DNA of 64,000 bases from Gammaproteobacteria bacterium (GCA_963662545.2 CAXXLL010000003.1:1568001-1632000), one strand, 5' to 3'; shown: positions 11,282-24,095, counted from the stretch's first letter. Translations and numbers: made by a program. The notes: generated from the letters alone by a model not told the origin.

Positions 11282-14200
11282 ATGGACCCAGTTCGCACGC
11301 GATTTCCGCTAGCGCCTAGATCCGAAGGGGGTCTCTATGACGCCCGCAACGAACATGATTCCTGTGGAGTCGGGTTCGTCGTGGACATGAAGGGCCGGAA
11401 ATCGCACCAGATCATTGTCCAGGCGCTAACCGTGCTCCGGAACTTGATGCATCGCGGCGCCTGCGGCTCTGAAGAGAATACCGGCGACGGTGCCGGGATT
11501 CTTATACAAATGCCCGACCGGTTTCTGCGCGAACGGTGTGGGGAACTCGGTCTGACATTGCCTCAATTCGGCCACTACGGCGCCGGCATGGTATTTCTGC
11601 CGCGGGACGCTGACCAGGCTGGGCATTGTATGGAGGCTTTTCGCCGCGTCGTAGAGGAAGAAGGCCAGGATTTCATCGGCTGGCGCGAGGTGCCGAGCGA
11701 AGACTCCATGATCGGGCCGACCGCCCGATCAGCGAAACCGGAGTTTCGCCAGGTTTTCATCGGCCGCAGCAACACGATAACGAATGACGACGCCTTTGAG
11801 CGCAAGCTCTACGTCATTCGTAAACGCATTGAACACATCATATGGAACGGCGATCTCGCCGAAAAATCGCTGTTTTATCTGCCGAGCCTGTCGCACCGCA
11901 CCCTGGTGTACAAAGGCATGTTGATGGCGACACAACTCGAGCAGCTGTTTGTCGATTTGAGCGACACCTCGATGGAAAGCGCGCTTGCGCTGGTCCATCA
12001 GCGCTTTTCGACGAATACTTTTCCGTCCTGGCCGCTCGCTCACCCCTTTCGTTACGTCGCGCACAACGGGGAAATAAATACATTGCGCGGCAATATCAAC
12101 TGGATGCGCGCGCGCGAAGCCCTGTGTGATTCCGATTTGCTTGGAGACGATCTGGAGAAGCTGTTTCCAATCGTTGTGGAGGGTAATTCGGATTCGGCGA
12201 ATTTCGACGAGGTCCTCGAGTTCTTGCACATGGCGGGTCGCCCCCTGCCGCTGGCGGTACTCATGATGATTCCGGAAGCCTGGAGCGGACACCAATCGAT
12301 GGACCCCGCGCGCAAGGCCTTCTACGAGTATCACGGCTGCCTGATGGAGCCCTGGGACGGCCCGGCCTCCATCGCATTCACCGACGGCACGGTGATCGGG
12401 GCCGTGCTCGATCGTAACGGCCTAAGGCCATCACGGTACTACGTGACCAAGGACGACCTCGTCGTCATGGCGTCCGAGGTCGGTGTGCTCGACATCCCAC
12501 CCGAGAACATCAAGATCAAGGAACGCCTGCACCCGGGACGGATCTTTCTCGTCGACACCGAGCGGGGTCGGATTGTCGACGACGCTGAACTGAAGCAGCG
12601 CTACATCGATCAGTATCCCTTCGCGGAATGGCTCGAAAAAAATCACGTTTCGGTGGATGCACTACCCGAACCGCCGCACATTCATGAACCGGATCATCAA
12701 ACGGTGCTGCAGCGCCAGCAGGTCTTCGGCTATACGCACGAAGATCTGCGGCTGCTCATGCAGCCAATGGCCCGGGACGGCGCCGAGGCCATCGGGTCGA
12801 TGGGCACGGACGCGGCGCTGGCCGTGCTGTCGAACCGCTCGCGTCTGCTTTACGACTATTTCAAGCAGCTCTTCGCTCAGGTAACAAACCCACCGCTGGA
12901 CGGCATCAGAGAGCAGCTCGTCACGCAGATATCCACACCGATCGGACCGGAAGGCAACCTGCTCAAACCCGGTCCGGAGTCCTGCCGGCAGATCAAGCTC
13001 AATTCGCCGATCGTGGAGAACCGGGACCTGGAGAAAATACGCAACGTCAATACACTCGGCTTGCGCAGCAAAACGATCGATGCGACCTACCCCGTCGCAG
13101 AAGGCGTACTGGGTCTCGAAGCAGCCATGGACCGTATCCGCGAGGAGGCCGATACCGCCATCGACAACGGTTACGCCTTCCTCATCCTTTCCGACCGCGA
13201 GATGGACAAGGACAACGCGCCCATACCGGCCGCACTCGCGACCGCAGGCATTCACCACCATCTCGTGCGCAACGGGCGCCGAACCCGTGCCAGCCTCGTT
13301 GTCGAATCGGGAGAGCCGCGCGAGGTGCATCACTTTGCCGTGCTACTCGGCTACGGCGCCAGCGTAATCAATCCCTACCTTGCGTTTGAAACCCTGGACG
13401 ACATGCTGCGTCAGGGCATTCTGAACGAGATCGCCGATCACAAATCCGGCGAATCACTGCACGACGCGGCCATTCGCAATTTCATCAATGCGCTGAACAA
13501 GGGATTGCTCAAAGTCATGTCCAAAATGGGCATCTCCTCAGTGCAATCCTACCGGGGCGCCCAAATTTTCGAGGCGGTTGGTCTCGATTCCGACTTCGTC
13601 GAGGAGTACTTCACCTGGACCGCTTCGCGCATTGGCGGCATTGGGCTCAATGTCGTCGAAAAAGAAGTCAGCATGCGGCATTACGAAGCGCATCCGAACC
13701 GCCTAGTCAAAAAGCCCGATCTCAATTCGGGTGGAGAGTACCAGTGGCGGCGCGATGGTGAATATCACCTGTTCAATCCGGAAACGGTTTTCAAGCTGCA
13801 GCATGCGACCCGATCAGGGCGATACGAGATTTTCAAGGAATACACCCAAGCGGTCGACGATCAGAGCGTGAACCGCGCGACCTTGCGCGGCCTGTTGCGC
13901 TTCAAGCCCCGCGTCAAATCGATTCCTCTCGACGAAGTCGAGTCCGTTGAATCGATCATGAAGCGTTTCCATACCGGCGCCATGTCATACGGCTCGATCA
14001 GCAGCGAGGCGCATGAAACGCTCGCGATCGCTCTGAATCGCATCGGTGGCCGTTCGAACACGGGTGAAGGCGGCGAAGATCCGGCGCGCTATACGCCCGA
14101 TGCAAATGGCGATCTGCGCCGCAGCGCAATCAAGCAAATCGCGTCGGGGCGCTTCGGCGTGACCAGCGAATACCTGGTAAATGCCACCGACCTGCAGATC

Positions 14201-15889
14201 AAGATGGCCCAGGGCGCCAAACCGGGAGAAGGCGGCCAGTTACCCGGAACCAAAGTCTATCCCTGGATTGCTAAAGTACGGCACTCGACCCCGGGCGTCG
14301 GGCTCATTTCGCCGCCGCCTCATCACGACATCTATTCGATCGAGGATCTGGCGCAGCTGATCCATGACTTAAAGAATTCGAATCCCGAAGCACGCGTGCA
14401 GGTCAAGCTGGTTGCCGAAGTCGGTGTTGGAACCGTCGCCGCTGGCGTCGCGAAAGCGCATTCTGACGTCGTCCTGATCTCGGGCTACGATGGAGGCACA
14501 GGCGCCTCGCCGGTGTCCTCGCTCAAACATGCGGGCGTGCCGTGGGAACTGGGGCTGGCCGAAACCCAGCAGGTGCTGGTCGAGAATAATTTGCGCGATC
14601 GCATCATCGTACAGGTCGACGGCCAGATGAAATCCGGTCGGGACTGCATCATCGCGGCCATGCTCGGCGCTGAGGAATACGGTTTTTCGACCGCGCCACT
14701 GGTCGTGATGGGCTGCATCATGATGCGCGTGTGCCACCTGAACACCTGCCCAGTCGGGATCGCGACTCAGAACCCGGCTCTGCGCGAAAAATTTGACGGC
14801 GACCCGGCGTTCGTCGAGACCTTCTTTCGCTTCATTGCCGACGAAATGCGCGAATATCTGGCCGAACTCGGCGTGCGAAAAATCGATGATTTGATCGGCC
14901 GCGCCGATTTGCTCGATGTCGAGAACGCGGTCGATCACTGGAAAGCCGCCGGCTTGGATCTTTCGCAAATTCTGTATCGACCCGAGGTCGGGCCGGAGGT
15001 CGCCATTCGGCGTGTACGCGAACAGGACCACGGCCTCGAAAAATCCCTCGACCGCACTACCATCGTACCGCTCTGCGAGAAAGCGCTGGAGAACCGTGAA
15101 CCCGTAGTCGCCATTCTGCCTATCAGAAACACCAACCGCACGGTCGGCACGATACTTGGTTTTGAGATCACGCGGCGGTACGGCGCAGCGGGCTTGCCCG
15201 AAGATACGATCAAACTGCGCTTCAACGGATCGGCAGGACAAAGTTTCGGCGCGTTCGTCCCGAAAGGGGTGACGATGACTCTCGAGGGAGACGCCAACGA
15301 TTACATCGGCAAGGGTCTGTCGGGTGGGAAAATCGTCGTATACCCGCCGCGTCATTCGACCTTCGTACCGGAGAAGAACATTCTCATCGGTAACGTCGCA
15401 CTCTACGGCGCGACCGACGGAGAAGCGTATTTCCGGGGTATCGCGGGCGAGCGCTTCGGTGTCAGAAATAGCGGCGCGGATACCGTTGTCGAAAGCGTGG
15501 GCGATCACGGCTGCGAATACATGACCGGAGGCCGCGTCGTGATCATCGGCGGGACCGGCCGCAATTTCGCGGCGGGCATGTCAGGAGGCATCGCTTACGT
15601 CTTCGACCCCGAAGGCGTGTTTCCCCCGCTTTGCAACACGCAAATGGTCGATCTTGACACGCTCGATTCCGACGACGACGAGGAGACGGTGCGGCGCCTG
15701 TTGAAGAATCACGTGCGTTACACGCAAAGTACGGTCGCGCAGCGAATACTGGAGCGTTGGGACCTCAAGCGTGAAAAATTCGTCAAGGTCATGCCGAAAG
15801 ACTACAAGCGCATTCTCGAGGCGATGGAGAAAGCCCGGCGCACCGGCATATCGGAAGACGAGGCCGTCATGGAAGCCGCCCATGGCTAA
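11282..15889 (+). CDS. gltB: Glutamate synthase large subunit
   Basis: HDSCGVGF Ntn cysteine, [54 protein letters not shown] Fe-S motif. Confidence 0.98.
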   Translation: MDPVRTRFPLAPRSEGGLYDARNEHDSCGVGFVVDMKGRKSHQIIVQALTVLRNLMHRGACGSEENTGDGAGILIQMPDRFLRERCGELGLTLPQFGHYGAGMVFLPRDADQAGHCMEAFRRVVEEEGQDFIGWREVPSEDSMIGPTARSAKPEFRQVFIGRSNTITNDDAFERKLYVIRKRIEHIIWNGDLAEKSLFYLPSLSHRTLVYKGMLMATQLEQLFVDLSDTSMESALALVHQRFSTNTFPSWPLAHPFRYVAHNGEINTLRGNINWMRAREALCDSDLLGDDLEKLFPIVVEGNSDSANFDEVLEFLHMAGRPLPLAVLMMIPEAWSGHQSMDPARKAFYEYHGCLMEPWDGPASIAFTDGTVIGAVLDRNGLRPSRYYVTKDDLVVMASEVGVLDIPPENIKIKERLHPGRIFLVDTERGRIVDDAELKQRYIDQYPFAEWLEKNHVSVDALPEPPHIHEPDHQTVLQRQQVFGYTHEDLRLLMQPMARDGAEAIGSMGTDAALAVLSNRSRLLYDYFKQLFAQVTNPPLDGIREQLVTQISTPIGPEGNLLKPGPESCRQIKLNSPIVENRDLEKIRNVNTLGLRSKTIDATYPVAEGVLGLEAAMDRIREEADTAIDNGYAFLILSDREMDKDNAPIPAALATAGIHHHLVRNGRRTRASLVVESGEPREVHHFAVLLGYGASVINPYLAFETLDDMLRQGILNEIADHKSGESLHDAAIRNFINALNKGLLKVMSKMGISSVQSYRGAQIFEAVGLDSDFVEEYFTWTASRIGGIGLNVVEKEVSMRHYEAHPNRLVKKPDLNSGGEYQWRRDGEYHLFNPETVFKLQHATRSGRYEIFKEYTQAVDDQSVNRATLRGLLRFKPRVKSIPLDEVESVESIMKRFHTGAMSYGSISSEAHETLAIALNRIGGRSNTGEGGEDPARYTPDANGDLRRSAIKQIASGRFGVTSEYLVNATDLQIKMAQGAKPGEGGQLPGTKVYPWIAKVRHSTPGVGLISPPPHHDIYSIEDLAQLIHDLKNSNPEARVQVKLVAEVGVGTVAAGVAKAHSDVVLISGYDGGTGASPVSSLKHAGVPWELGLAETQQVLVENNLRDRIIVQVDGQMKSGRDCIIAAMLGAEEYGFSTAPLVVMGCIMMRVCHLNTCPVGIATQNPALREKFDGDPAFVETFFRFIADEMREYLAELGVRKIDDLIGRADLLDVENAVDHWKAAGLDLSQILYRPEVGPEVAIRRVREQDHGLEKSLDRTTIVPLCEKALENREPVVAILPIRNTNRTVGTILGFEITRRYGAAGLPEDTIKLRFNGSAGQSFGAFVPKGVTMTLEGDANDYIGKGLSGGKIVVYPPRHSTFVPEKNILIGNVALYGATDGEAYFRGIAGERFGVRNSGADTVVESVGDHGCEYMTGGRVVIIGGTGRNFAAGMSGGIAYVFDPEGVFPPLCNTQMVDLDTLDSDDDEETVRRLLKNHVRYTQSTVAQRILERWDLKREKFVKVMPKDYKRILEAMEKARRTGISEDEAVMEAAHG

Positions 15890-17327
15890 AGTCACCGGAT
15901 TTCTAGAGGCCGAACGCGAGGCTCAGCCCTACCGACCGGTCGAAAAACGACTGCTCGATTGGAACCAGGTAATGGCGGCCTATGAGCCGGATCACGTCAA
16001 CGTCCAGGCTGCACGCTGCATGGACTGCGGCATCCCGTTTTGTCTCCAGGGGTGTCCGCTGGGAAACCTGATTCCGGACTGGAACGACCTGGTTTATCGC
16101 GAACGCTGGAGCGACGCGATCGATCGCCTGCATGCGACCAATAATTTCCCCGAGTTCACCGGTACTTTGTGCCCCGCTCCCTGCGAAGGATCCTGCGTTC
16201 TGGGAATCAATGATGACCCCGTCACGATCAAGGCCGTCGAGCTCGCGCTTATCGATCGTGCATTCGACGAAGGCTGGGTCGTTCCGGAACCACCGCAAAC
16301 GGAGACTGGAAAATCCGTTGCGATCGTGGGCTCCGGTCCCGCGGGCCTCGCCGCCGCCCAGCAACTGCGCCGTGCGGGACATGCGGTAACGGTTTTTGAA
16401 AGAGACGATCGCATCGGCGGCCTGCTGCGCTACGGCATCCCGGAATTCAAGATGGAAAAGCACGTGCTCGACCGCCGCGTGCAGCAGATGAGCGACGAAG
16501 GCGTACGGTTCCAGGTCAATGCCAACATCGGTGTAGATGTCGCGGTGGAAGATTTACGCAACAAATTCGACGTCATCCTGCTTGCCGGCGGCGCCACCGC
16601 GTCGCGGGATTTACCCATCCCCGGCCGCGAACTCGACGGCGTGCATTTCGCAATGACATTTCTGCCACTGCAAAACCGCCGGTGCGAAGGCGACGATATC
16701 CCGGACAGCGCGTTCATCACCGCAAAAGACAAGCACGTGATCATCATCGGCGGCGGCGACACGGGCGCAGATTGCCTGGGTACGGTACACCGGCAGGGGG
16801 CGAAATCCGTTCGCAGCCTCGAGATCATGCCCAAACCGCCGGAGCAGCGGGCCACCGACAATCCATGGCCGGAATGGCCGCAGATTTACCGGGTCGCTGC
16901 CGCGCACGAGGAAGGCGGCGAGCGCATTTACGCCGTATCGACGAAACGATTTATTGGCGATGAGCAGGGCCGCGTCACGGCGCTGGAACTCGTCGAAGTG
17001 GAGATGAAACTGAGCAATGGCCGCCCGTCATTCGAACCGGTTCCCGGATCGGAACACGAACTCCCCTGCGATCTGGCGCTGCTGGCCATGGGATTCACGG
17101 GCCCTGAAACCGACGGTGTGATCGAGCAACTCGGCGTCGAGCTCGACCAGCGAAACAACGTTAAGCGTGACCCCGATTGGATGACTTCTGTCGAGGGCGT
17201 GTTTACGGCAGGGGATATGCAACACGGACAGTCACTTATCGTATGGGCCATTGCGGAAGGTCGTTCCGCGGCACGCGGGATCGATGAGTTTCTAATCGGC
17301 TCATCGAACTTACCGGCACCCGTATAA
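15882..17327 (+). CDS. gltD: Glutamate synthase small subunit
   Basis: Starts MAKVTGF (ATG 15882); [35 protein letters not shown]. Confidence 0.97.
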   Translation: MAKVTGFLEAEREAQPYRPVEKRLLDWNQVMAAYEPDHVNVQAARCMDCGIPFCLQGCPLGNLIPDWNDLVYRERWSDAIDRLHATNNFPEFTGTLCPAPCEGSCVLGINDDPVTIKAVELALIDRAFDEGWVVPEPPQTETGKSVAIVGSGPAGLAAAQQLRRAGHAVTVFERDDRIGGLLRYGIPEFKMEKHVLDRRVQQMSDEGVRFQVNANIGVDVAVEDLRNKFDVILLAGGATASRDLPIPGRELDGVHFAMTFLPLQNRRCEGDDIPDSAFITAKDKHVIIIGGGDTGADCLGTVHRQGAKSVRSLEIMPKPPEQRATDNPWPEWPQIYRVAAAHEEGGERIYAVSTKRFIGDEQGRVTALELVEVEMKLSNGRPSFEPVPGSEHELPCDLALLAMGFTGPETDGVIEQLGVELDQRNNVKRDPDWMTSVEGVFTAGDMQHGQSLIVWAIAEGRSAARGIDEFLIGSSNLPAPV

Positions 17328-17334
17328 ACAAATA

Positions 17335-18719
17335 GGGTCTACGCGGAAACGTGTGGGTTGATATTGGCATTTCTGGGTAGTGGCGGAAGAAATGCCGCAA
17401 TGATTTTCAGTTTGAGGAATTCCTCATCACGATAGCCATAGGCGCGTCGTTGCAGGACCCGGATTTTGTTGTTGACCCCTTCGACCAATCCAAGACTGAC
17501 TTTATTCTTAGCATCACAATAGGAAGCAATGCCATCCCAATGGGATTCAATCAGCTCAGCAAACTTGCGATACGGCGCCAATCGCTGCCATTTCAGACTG
17601 TCCTTCCAGCGCTCGAAAAAGGCACGCGCGCCGCGCTCGGTACGGTAGTCCCAGAGTTGGCCGAAGGTTTCCTTGAGGACGTAGGCGGTGTTCAGACGCC
17701 GGTTGGCCTGGAGCAGTTTTTTCAGGGCTCGTCTGCCATCCAGATTCAGGTTCTCGCGTCGCGAGAGCAAGGTATATCGCTGGCCTTTGATGTAACTCCT
17801 GTCCTTGCCGCGGAGACGTTTGTATTCACGGCGCCGGACTTCATCGAGAGCCTTTGAGAGGTGGCGCATGATATGGAACTTGTCATAGATGATCCGCGCC
17901 TGCGGTGCGTTGTTCATGACCGAGTTACGGAACGGCTTCCACATGTCCATCGCCGCCAGTTCGATGCGAGCGCTCTTGTTCTCGCCCAATGCCTGGAAAA
18001 ACAGGTCGATGTCAGCCTCTTTGCGACCTTCACCACCGACCCAGATAGGACGCCCCCGATCCAGGTCACTGACGATGACCCGGTAGTTATGTCCTTTGCG
18101 GATGGAGATCTCATCAATACCGATGGCCCGGGGTGCTGGCATGCCCGCCAGCTCAACCTGCTTTTGCATGTACAGCTTATCGAGGTCTTTCACCGTGCTG
18201 TGGTGCAGGCGTTCCCTCTCGGCGACAGCCTGGTTCGGCATGTCCCGGCACAGCTTGCCCACCTGCATGGCAAAGCGCTGCGTATAGCGAGGGTTCTTTG
18301 CCAGCCAGTCAAGATGTTCTACCTGCACGCCGCCGCACCTCCGGCAACTGACACGCCAGCGTTCGAACTCCAGGTAGATTCGCCATCCGGCAACTGACAG
18401 GTCTCGTACTCGCAGCACCTTCTTGTCGTAACGCCCGCGGCACCGGTGAGCACAGTGAGAACAGATCGCTGTTTTTTTCGCCTCTTGAGTTGGATCACAC
18501 GGGCATACCGATCACCAAACATGCCCACCAATTTCGATGCGGCGGTAAAACCAGGGAACGCAAACAGCGCTCGGATCGACTTGGGATTCTTCATGGCCTT
18601 AGCCTACCCACAAAATGAAACCACTTTCACCCCATACGAAATCTCTGAATGTCTACATGATTTCAATGGTTTACACTTGGTCTAATTCAGAATTTACCCA
18701 CATGAATCCGCGTAGACCC
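17335..18719 (-). mobile_element. Complete ISL3-family insertion sequence, 1385 bp
   Basis: 24-bp terminal IRs GGGTCTACGCGGAAACGTGTGGGT / GGGTCTACGCGGATTCATGTGGGT (3 mismatches); 8-bp TSD AACAAATA at 17327-17334 and 18720-18727. Confidence 0.97.
17339..18594 (-). CDS. ISL3 transposase split over two frames by a -1 shift at an A7 run (418 aa when joined)
   Basis: IGIDE, AMDMW, YDKFH, VEGVNNKIRVLQRRAYGYRD motifs; the -1 shift at 18472-18478 joins MKNPK...KRRKK to TAICSHCAHRC zinc finger. Confidence 0.9.
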
Positions 18720-18837
18720 AACAAATAAGACCTATTTCAAAATTGTCCACATGTGCACCGGTACACCCCCGTACCGACGACGGACCGGCGAAAAACGGGG
18801 TTATTCACCAGCCTGTTAATTTCGACGGCAGCCCGAA

Positions 18838-18963
18838 GGAACCGATGCATAAGTCATGGTGCGTCTGAATGGTTCATGCAATGGTGCAGTTCAAGGCACG
18901 AATCGCCGACCATAGCGGGGACTATGGGCAAGGCAGATGGGCCATGACTTATTCAGAGGTTCC
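18838..18963 (+). mobile_element. 162-bp MITE family copy A (36-bp internal deletion)
   Basis: GGAACCGATGCATAAGTCATGGTGCGTCTG...CCATGACTTATTCAGAGGTTCC followed by CTAA; colinear with copies at 29421, 44610, 54996. Confidence 0.85.
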
Positions 18964-18979
18964 CTAACCCCCAACCCGA

Positions 18980-20026
18980 ATGAACGATCGATTTTTACGC
19001 GCCTTGGCTCGACAACCCGTCGACTGCACGCCGGTCTGGATCATGCGCCAGGCGGGCCGTTATCTTCCAGAGTATCGCAAAATCCGCGAACGCGCCGGAG
19101 ATTTTCTAACGCTCTGTAAAACGCCGGATCTCGCTTGTGAAGTAAGCTTGCAACCGATGCAGCGCTTCGATCTCGACGCCGCGATCCTGTTTTCAGACAT
19201 CTTGACCATCCCCGACGCCATGGGCCTCGGTTTGACGATCGAAGAGGGTTTCGGACCCCGTTTCGAACGCCCCGTCGTGAGCATCGCGGACATCGACGCC
19301 CTGCCCCTGCCCGATCCCACCGACGAACTGCGCTACGTGCTCGACGCCGTGGCGTTAACGCGGCGTGAACTCGATGGGCGCCGCCCGCTCATCGGGTTTG
19401 CCGGCAGTCCCTGGACGCTTGCGACCTACATGGTCGAAGGACAGAGCAGCCGCGAATTCGCCAAGATCAAACGCCTCGCCTATGAAAGCCCCGAGGCGAT
19501 CCACCGGCTGCTGGAAAAGCTCTCGCGCGCCGTTGCGGATTACTTGATCGCGCAGATTCACGCCGGCGTGGACGCGGTCATGGTGTTCGACACCTGGGGC
19601 GGCACGCTTTCGACCGCTGCCTACCTCGAATTCTCACTCGAATACTTACGGCGCATTGTCTCTGCTTTACCGGCAGAAACACCCAGTATCATCTTTACGA
19701 AAGGCGGCGGCGGATGGATCGAGGCGATAGCAGAGATCGGCTGCACTGCTGTTGGCCTGGACTGGACGGTCGAGATCGGCGACGCGCGCAAACGGATCGG
19801 CCATCAGGTCGCGTTGCAGGGCAACCTCGATCCCGCCGTGATGCTGGCCAGCCCTGCCACCATCGAGCGCGAAGCAAAGCGGGTACTCGATGCTTACGGA
19901 CCAGGCAGCGGCCACGTTTTCAATCTCGGCCACGGCATCACGCCTGCCGTTCCCCCCGAACACGTCCAGCAACTGGTCGACACCGTACACAGCTACAGCC
20001 GTCGATATCATGAACCAACGGATTAA
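18980..20026 (+). CDS. hemE: Uroporphyrinogen decarboxylase
   Basis: [42 protein letters not shown]. Confidence 0.98.
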   Translation: MNDRFLRALARQPVDCTPVWIMRQAGRYLPEYRKIRERAGDFLTLCKTPDLACEVSLQPMQRFDLDAAILFSDILTIPDAMGLGLTIEEGFGPRFERPVVSIADIDALPLPDPTDELRYVLDAVALTRRELDGRRPLIGFAGSPWTLATYMVEGQSSREFAKIKRLAYESPEAIHRLLEKLSRAVADYLIAQIHAGVDAVMVFDTWGGTLSTAAYLEFSLEYLRRIVSALPAETPSIIFTKGGGGWIEAIAEIGCTAVGLDWTVEIGDARKRIGHQVALQGNLDPAVMLASPATIEREAKRVLDAYGPGSGHVFNLGHGITPAVPPEHVQQLVDTVHSYSRRYHEPTD

Positions 20027-20936
20027 GACCGGTGCCATCATCGTGCTCAAGGGATTCTGCATGGGCGCGGCCGACGTCGTGCCCGGCGTCTCGGGTGGCA
20101 CGATGGCTTTTATCCTAGGGATCTATACCCGCTTCATCGATGCGATTAAGTCGTTCGATACCGCCTGGTTGAAAGCCTTCGTTCGTTTCGATAGTTCTAC
20201 CTTACTGACGCGGCCCGACTTTCCGTTCATCGTGCCGCTCGTCGTCGGTATTTTCTGCGCGATTTTGTTTTTCACGCACGTCATCCCCCTGCCGCGCTTG
20301 CTGGAGACCCATCCTCAGTACGTCTACGGCCTGTTCTTCGGGTTGATCGTCGGCTCGATCGTCGTTCTGATAAAGGGCCTGGGCGGTTTGCGTGCCGTTG
20401 ACGTTCCACCGTTGATCGCCGGATTGCTATTGGGCATCGTCCTCGTCACGGCCGTTCCCGCCGAGACACCCGATACGTGGTGGTTCGTCATGCTGTGTGG
20501 CGCCTTGTCGATCTGCGCGATGGTGGTACCCGGCATCTCAGGTTCATTCGTGCTGCTTTTACTGGGCAAATACGCCTACGTGCTCGACGCGGTCGGGCAT
20601 TTTCGGATGGCGGTGGTCGCGCCGTTCGCGCTCGGCGCCTTAGCCGGTCTGTTTTCCTTCACCCGGCTGCTGTCGTGGTTGCTTCATCGCTACGAACGCG
20701 CGGCCCTGCTCGCCATCTCCGGCATACTCGTGGCCTCCCTGTGGGTCGTGTGGCCCTTTCAGCAACGTCGCTACGTCGAGATCCGCGGCGCGCTCAAATG
20801 GGTTGAATCCTCTCCTTTGCTGCCCGAGTTCTCCGCGACCGCGTTCGCCGTCGGGGTGTTGGCGGCCGCGGGATTCGTCATCGTTGTTGCGATGCAGCGA
20901 ATGGCATCAACCCCCGTGATATCGCCAGATCCGTAG
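20010..20936 (+). CDS. DUF368 membrane protein (undecaprenyl-phosphate translocase family)
   Basis: [26 protein letters not shown] and [20 protein letters not shown]; start ATG 20010. Confidence 0.9.
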   Translation: MNQRIKTGAIIVLKGFCMGAADVVPGVSGGTMAFILGIYTRFIDAIKSFDTAWLKAFVRFDSSTLLTRPDFPFIVPLVVGIFCAILFFTHVIPLPRLLETHPQYVYGLFFGLIVGSIVVLIKGLGGLRAVDVPPLIAGLLLGIVLVTAVPAETPDTWWFVMLCGALSICAMVVPGISGSFVLLLLGKYAYVLDAVGHFRMAVVAPFALGALAGLFSFTRLLSWLLHRYERAALLAISGILVASLWVVWPFQQRRYVEIRGALKWVESSPLLPEFSATAFAVGVLAAAGFVIVVAMQRMASTPVISPDP

Positions 20937-21152
20937 ACGCGGAGCACGATCAAATCGGCGATCTCGACGGATTTTCCGTCTCGCGGGCAAGCACCAGGAC
21001 GCTGAGAATTCCCGTTGCCAGGATTGTCGACGCGACCCCGTGAAAGCGGTCCGATCCCGGCGTCCAGCCCTTATTTCGGCAGGTACGATCTCCAGTACTA
21101 TTCTTTAGGAATTAGCGGTTTAAAAGTATATACTTAGCGAAATTCTAAAGTC

Positions 21153-22462
21153 ATGGGTGGTAAGGGCGTGGCCGTTTATTTAGCCAGGGGTTTACTCTGT
21201 TTCTTTCTGCTTGCGTGGGCAGGCGTCCTCTACGCTGACGCCGTGCTCGACGAAGCACGCGGCTTGCTTTCGAACTGCTTATACCCCTCGAAGCCGAGCG
21301 TTCGGGTGACACGGAGTTCGATTATCTGCTCGGCGTCGCCGCGATCGATGCCGGGTTCGTGACCCAAGGTGTGTTCGCGCTCGAACGCGTACTCGCCGTC
21401 GAACCCACCAACGACCTCGCACGCGCCGAGATCGCGCGTGCGTATTTTATCCTTGGCGAGCGTGAGACGGCGCGCCAGGAATTCACTACCGTGCAACAGA
21501 GCGGGCAGGCCCCGGACGAGGCCATCGACACGATCAACAAATATTTGGCCTTGCTCGACCAGGCCCGCGTCGAAGAAGGCCGAAGGATCAGTGGCTACAT
21601 CGAAATGAGTCTCGGCTACGACACCAACATCAATTCGGCTACCGACCAGAGTCAGATCATCTTGCCGCTTCTTCCCGGCATTCAATTCCAGCTCGACGGT
21701 AACGCCCAGGAGCAGGAGAGCGAATATATGCGGGTTGCGGGTACGGTCAACGCATCACACCCGATCTCCGAACACTGGGACGTGGTCGCCGGCGCACGCG
21801 GTTATTACCGCCTGACCGACAAACCGTTCAGCACACAGGACGCGTACGGATACGTCGGGGTCGCCGCAGAATACGGTAAGCATCGTATGACTGCCGCCGG
21901 CACGGCGGAGAACTTCGAAATCGATGGCAACACCTTGCGCAATATCTACGGCGGCTTCGCGCAATGGATTTATGCGATCGACGATCAGAGTCGTTTCAAC
22001 CTCTCGGTGCAGGGTTCAAATATTCAGTTCGCTGCTATTGGAGCCCGCAACGTCGACCGGTATACCTTTGCGGCTGGCTATATCCGCGCCTTGAGGCACG
22101 CTCGCCGGCCGGTCATCTACGGCAGTGTCTACGGCGGCATGGAAGACGAGAACGACAAGGCGTTTCCCCAGTTCGGACACGATTTCTACGGCGGCAGCAT
22201 CGGTGGTAGCCTGCAAATATTAGGAAATGCACGGGCTTTTGCCAATTTCGCGCTCGAACACCGCGATTATAACGGTCCGGATGCCCTTTTTTTCACGGTT
22301 CGCGACGATACCCAGTTTATCGTGACCACCGGTATAGAGTTTGAATTAGTTCACGGTTGGAAGATTATCCCCGAGGTAAGCTATATCAATAACGACTCGA
22401 ATATCGTGCTCTCCGACTACGATCGAGTCGTCGCCGGCGTGCGGGCGCGTTTTTCGTTTTAG
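21153..22462 (+). pseudogene. TPR plus outer-membrane beta-barrel protein (DUF560/Slam-like), frameshifted near 21270
   Basis: Signal peptide in one frame; other frame ELLIPLEAERSGDTEFDYLLGVAAIDAG..ALERVL..ARAEIARAYF (TPR), GYDTNIN barrel start, C-terminal F (ARFSF). Confidence 0.75.
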
Positions 22463-22484
22463 GCACGCCGCGAGGAGAAGAATC

Positions 22485-24059
22485 ATGAAAGATACGCTCA
22501 ACTTCCGACGAAAACCGCTCGCCCTGGCGGTCGCCATCGCCACCGGCGCGACGCCTGTTCTCGCCAATGCCGCGGCCGGGCGCATCGAGTTCGCCTACGG
22601 GCAGGTCGCGATAGAAAACGCGAGCGGCACCGATGAATCCATCAGAAAAGGCAAGAAGGTGAACGCCGGCGATACCGTGGTCACCGAGCGTGGTCGCGCG
22701 CAGATCCGTTTTACCGATGGGTCCTTCGTGTCGCTGCAGCCGAAGACGAGCTTCAAGATCGACGACTACAACTACGCAGGCAAGGAAGACGGCAGCGAGC
22801 GCAGCGTCTTCAGCCTGTTTCGCGGTGGGTTGCGGACGATCACCGGTCTCATCGGCCGCCGTAACAAGTCGAACTACCGATTGAACACACCGGTCGCCAC
22901 CATCGGCATCCGCGGCACAGCGTATCGGCTTCTAATTCAAACCGATGGGTCGCTCATTCTCGGATGCAATTTCGGTGGTTGCAGTGCCACCAATGACGGC
23001 GGCTCGACTAGTACCGACGCACCCGGCGTCATCCTCGTACTCAATCAATTCACTCAACCGACAATAGTAAACGGCGAGGCGGGTGAGTCGCTCCTCGTAC
23101 TGCGACCACCGTCGCGGATGATCGACCCCTTAACCGAGGCCGACGAGTTCATCTTCGACATTACCGATCTCGATCCGCAGCAGATCTGCGACCTGCTGAT
23201 CGACGCCGGATTTACGTTCGAAGAAGCCCAGGCGCTCGTGGTGCAGCTCTTCCCCGATTTCGTCAAACTCGGGGCGATCCTCGATGATGGACCGGGTTTT
23301 GCTGTGGCCTTCACATTTGACGGCGGTGAGGGCGGCGCCGGGCACGTCGCCGATTTCGAGGTGCCCGTGACCGCTGATTTCACAGAGGGGGAGCTCGAAG
23401 GCTGGGCCAGCGAATCCGCCAACCGCGGGGAGCTCACCTTGGTCGAGGCCGAGGCCGATGCCATCATCGGCTGGGGCCGTTGGGTAGATCAGACCGAGGG
23501 CGGCGAGGGTGTATTCGATCCGCCTGGTGCGACGGGCGCCGACATCTTTGACGGACCGGAAGGCCACAGCCTCCACTACGTCATTGGCCGGCCGACGGAC
23601 CTTGCGTCATTGATGACGGCGCCGCACAACGGACGCTTCAAGGTCCTTGGCTTTACCACGCCGACCAACACGGGAGGCGATTTGGGCACCTTTAACGGCG
23701 GCGCGTTCCAGGTCGATTTTGCTGCTAATTCCGTCGACGGCGCGGTCGCCTTTACCTTCGACAACCAATACGTGCTCGGTTTCACATCTCTAGGAGCACC
23801 CGCGGGTACGTTTAAGGCAACTGGACCCGGGCCAAACCTCAACGGGACGGTCTTTGGCGGCGGCTGCTGTTTCAGCTGCGAAGGAAAGATCGCGGGCCTC
23901 GTCGCCGGCCCCGGGGCCGAACGCGCTGGATTCGTCTATCACGTCAGCGATTTCTCCGAAAACGAACACATGTTCGGATCGGTCGTCTTCGAGCAGAATC
24001 CGATCGGACCGACAGTTCAAGATTTCCTTGGTCAATTTGCAGGAGGGGAAGGGTTCTGA
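22485..24059 (+). CDS. Secreted protein with N-terminal FecR-type domain and C-terminal TbpB/HphA-like barrel
   Basis: Sec signal peptide; GDTVVT..GRAQIRFTDGS..TPVATIGIRGT (FecR-type); Gly-rich beta C-terminus GKIAGLVAGPGAERAGFVY..GSVVF. Confidence 0.7.
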   Translation: MKDTLNFRRKPLALAVAIATGATPVLANAAAGRIEFAYGQVAIENASGTDESIRKGKKVNAGDTVVTERGRAQIRFTDGSFVSLQPKTSFKIDDYNYAGKEDGSERSVFSLFRGGLRTITGLIGRRNKSNYRLNTPVATIGIRGTAYRLLIQTDGSLILGCNFGGCSATNDGGSTSTDAPGVILVLNQFTQPTIVNGEAGESLLVLRPPSRMIDPLTEADEFIFDITDLDPQQICDLLIDAGFTFEEAQALVVQLFPDFVKLGAILDDGPGFAVAFTFDGGEGGAGHVADFEVPVTADFTEGELEGWASESANRGELTLVEAEADAIIGWGRWVDQTEGGEGVFDPPGATGADIFDGPEGHSLHYVIGRPTDLASLMTAPHNGRFKVLGFTTPTNTGGDLGTFNGGAFQVDFAANSVDGAVAFTFDNQYVLGFTSLGAPAGTFKATGPGPNLNGTVFGGGCCFSCEGKIAGLVAGPGAERAGFVYHVSDFSENEHMFGSVVFEQNPIGPTVQDFLGQFAGGEGF

Positions 24060-24095
24060 CCCTAATCCGCACGACCAAACGAAAACGAGCGCCGC

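Noticed and set aside
14369-15508. Long antisense ORFs (379 aa in gltB; 299 aa at 45261-46160; 281 aa at 48527-49372)
   Set aside because: Expected shadow frames in GC-rich coding DNA, with no recognisable motifs.
21103-21150. Fur box upstream of the DUF560-like gene
   Set aside because: An AT-rich palindrome AAGTATATACTT is present but does not match GATAATGATAATCATTATC; the regulator cannot be assigned.
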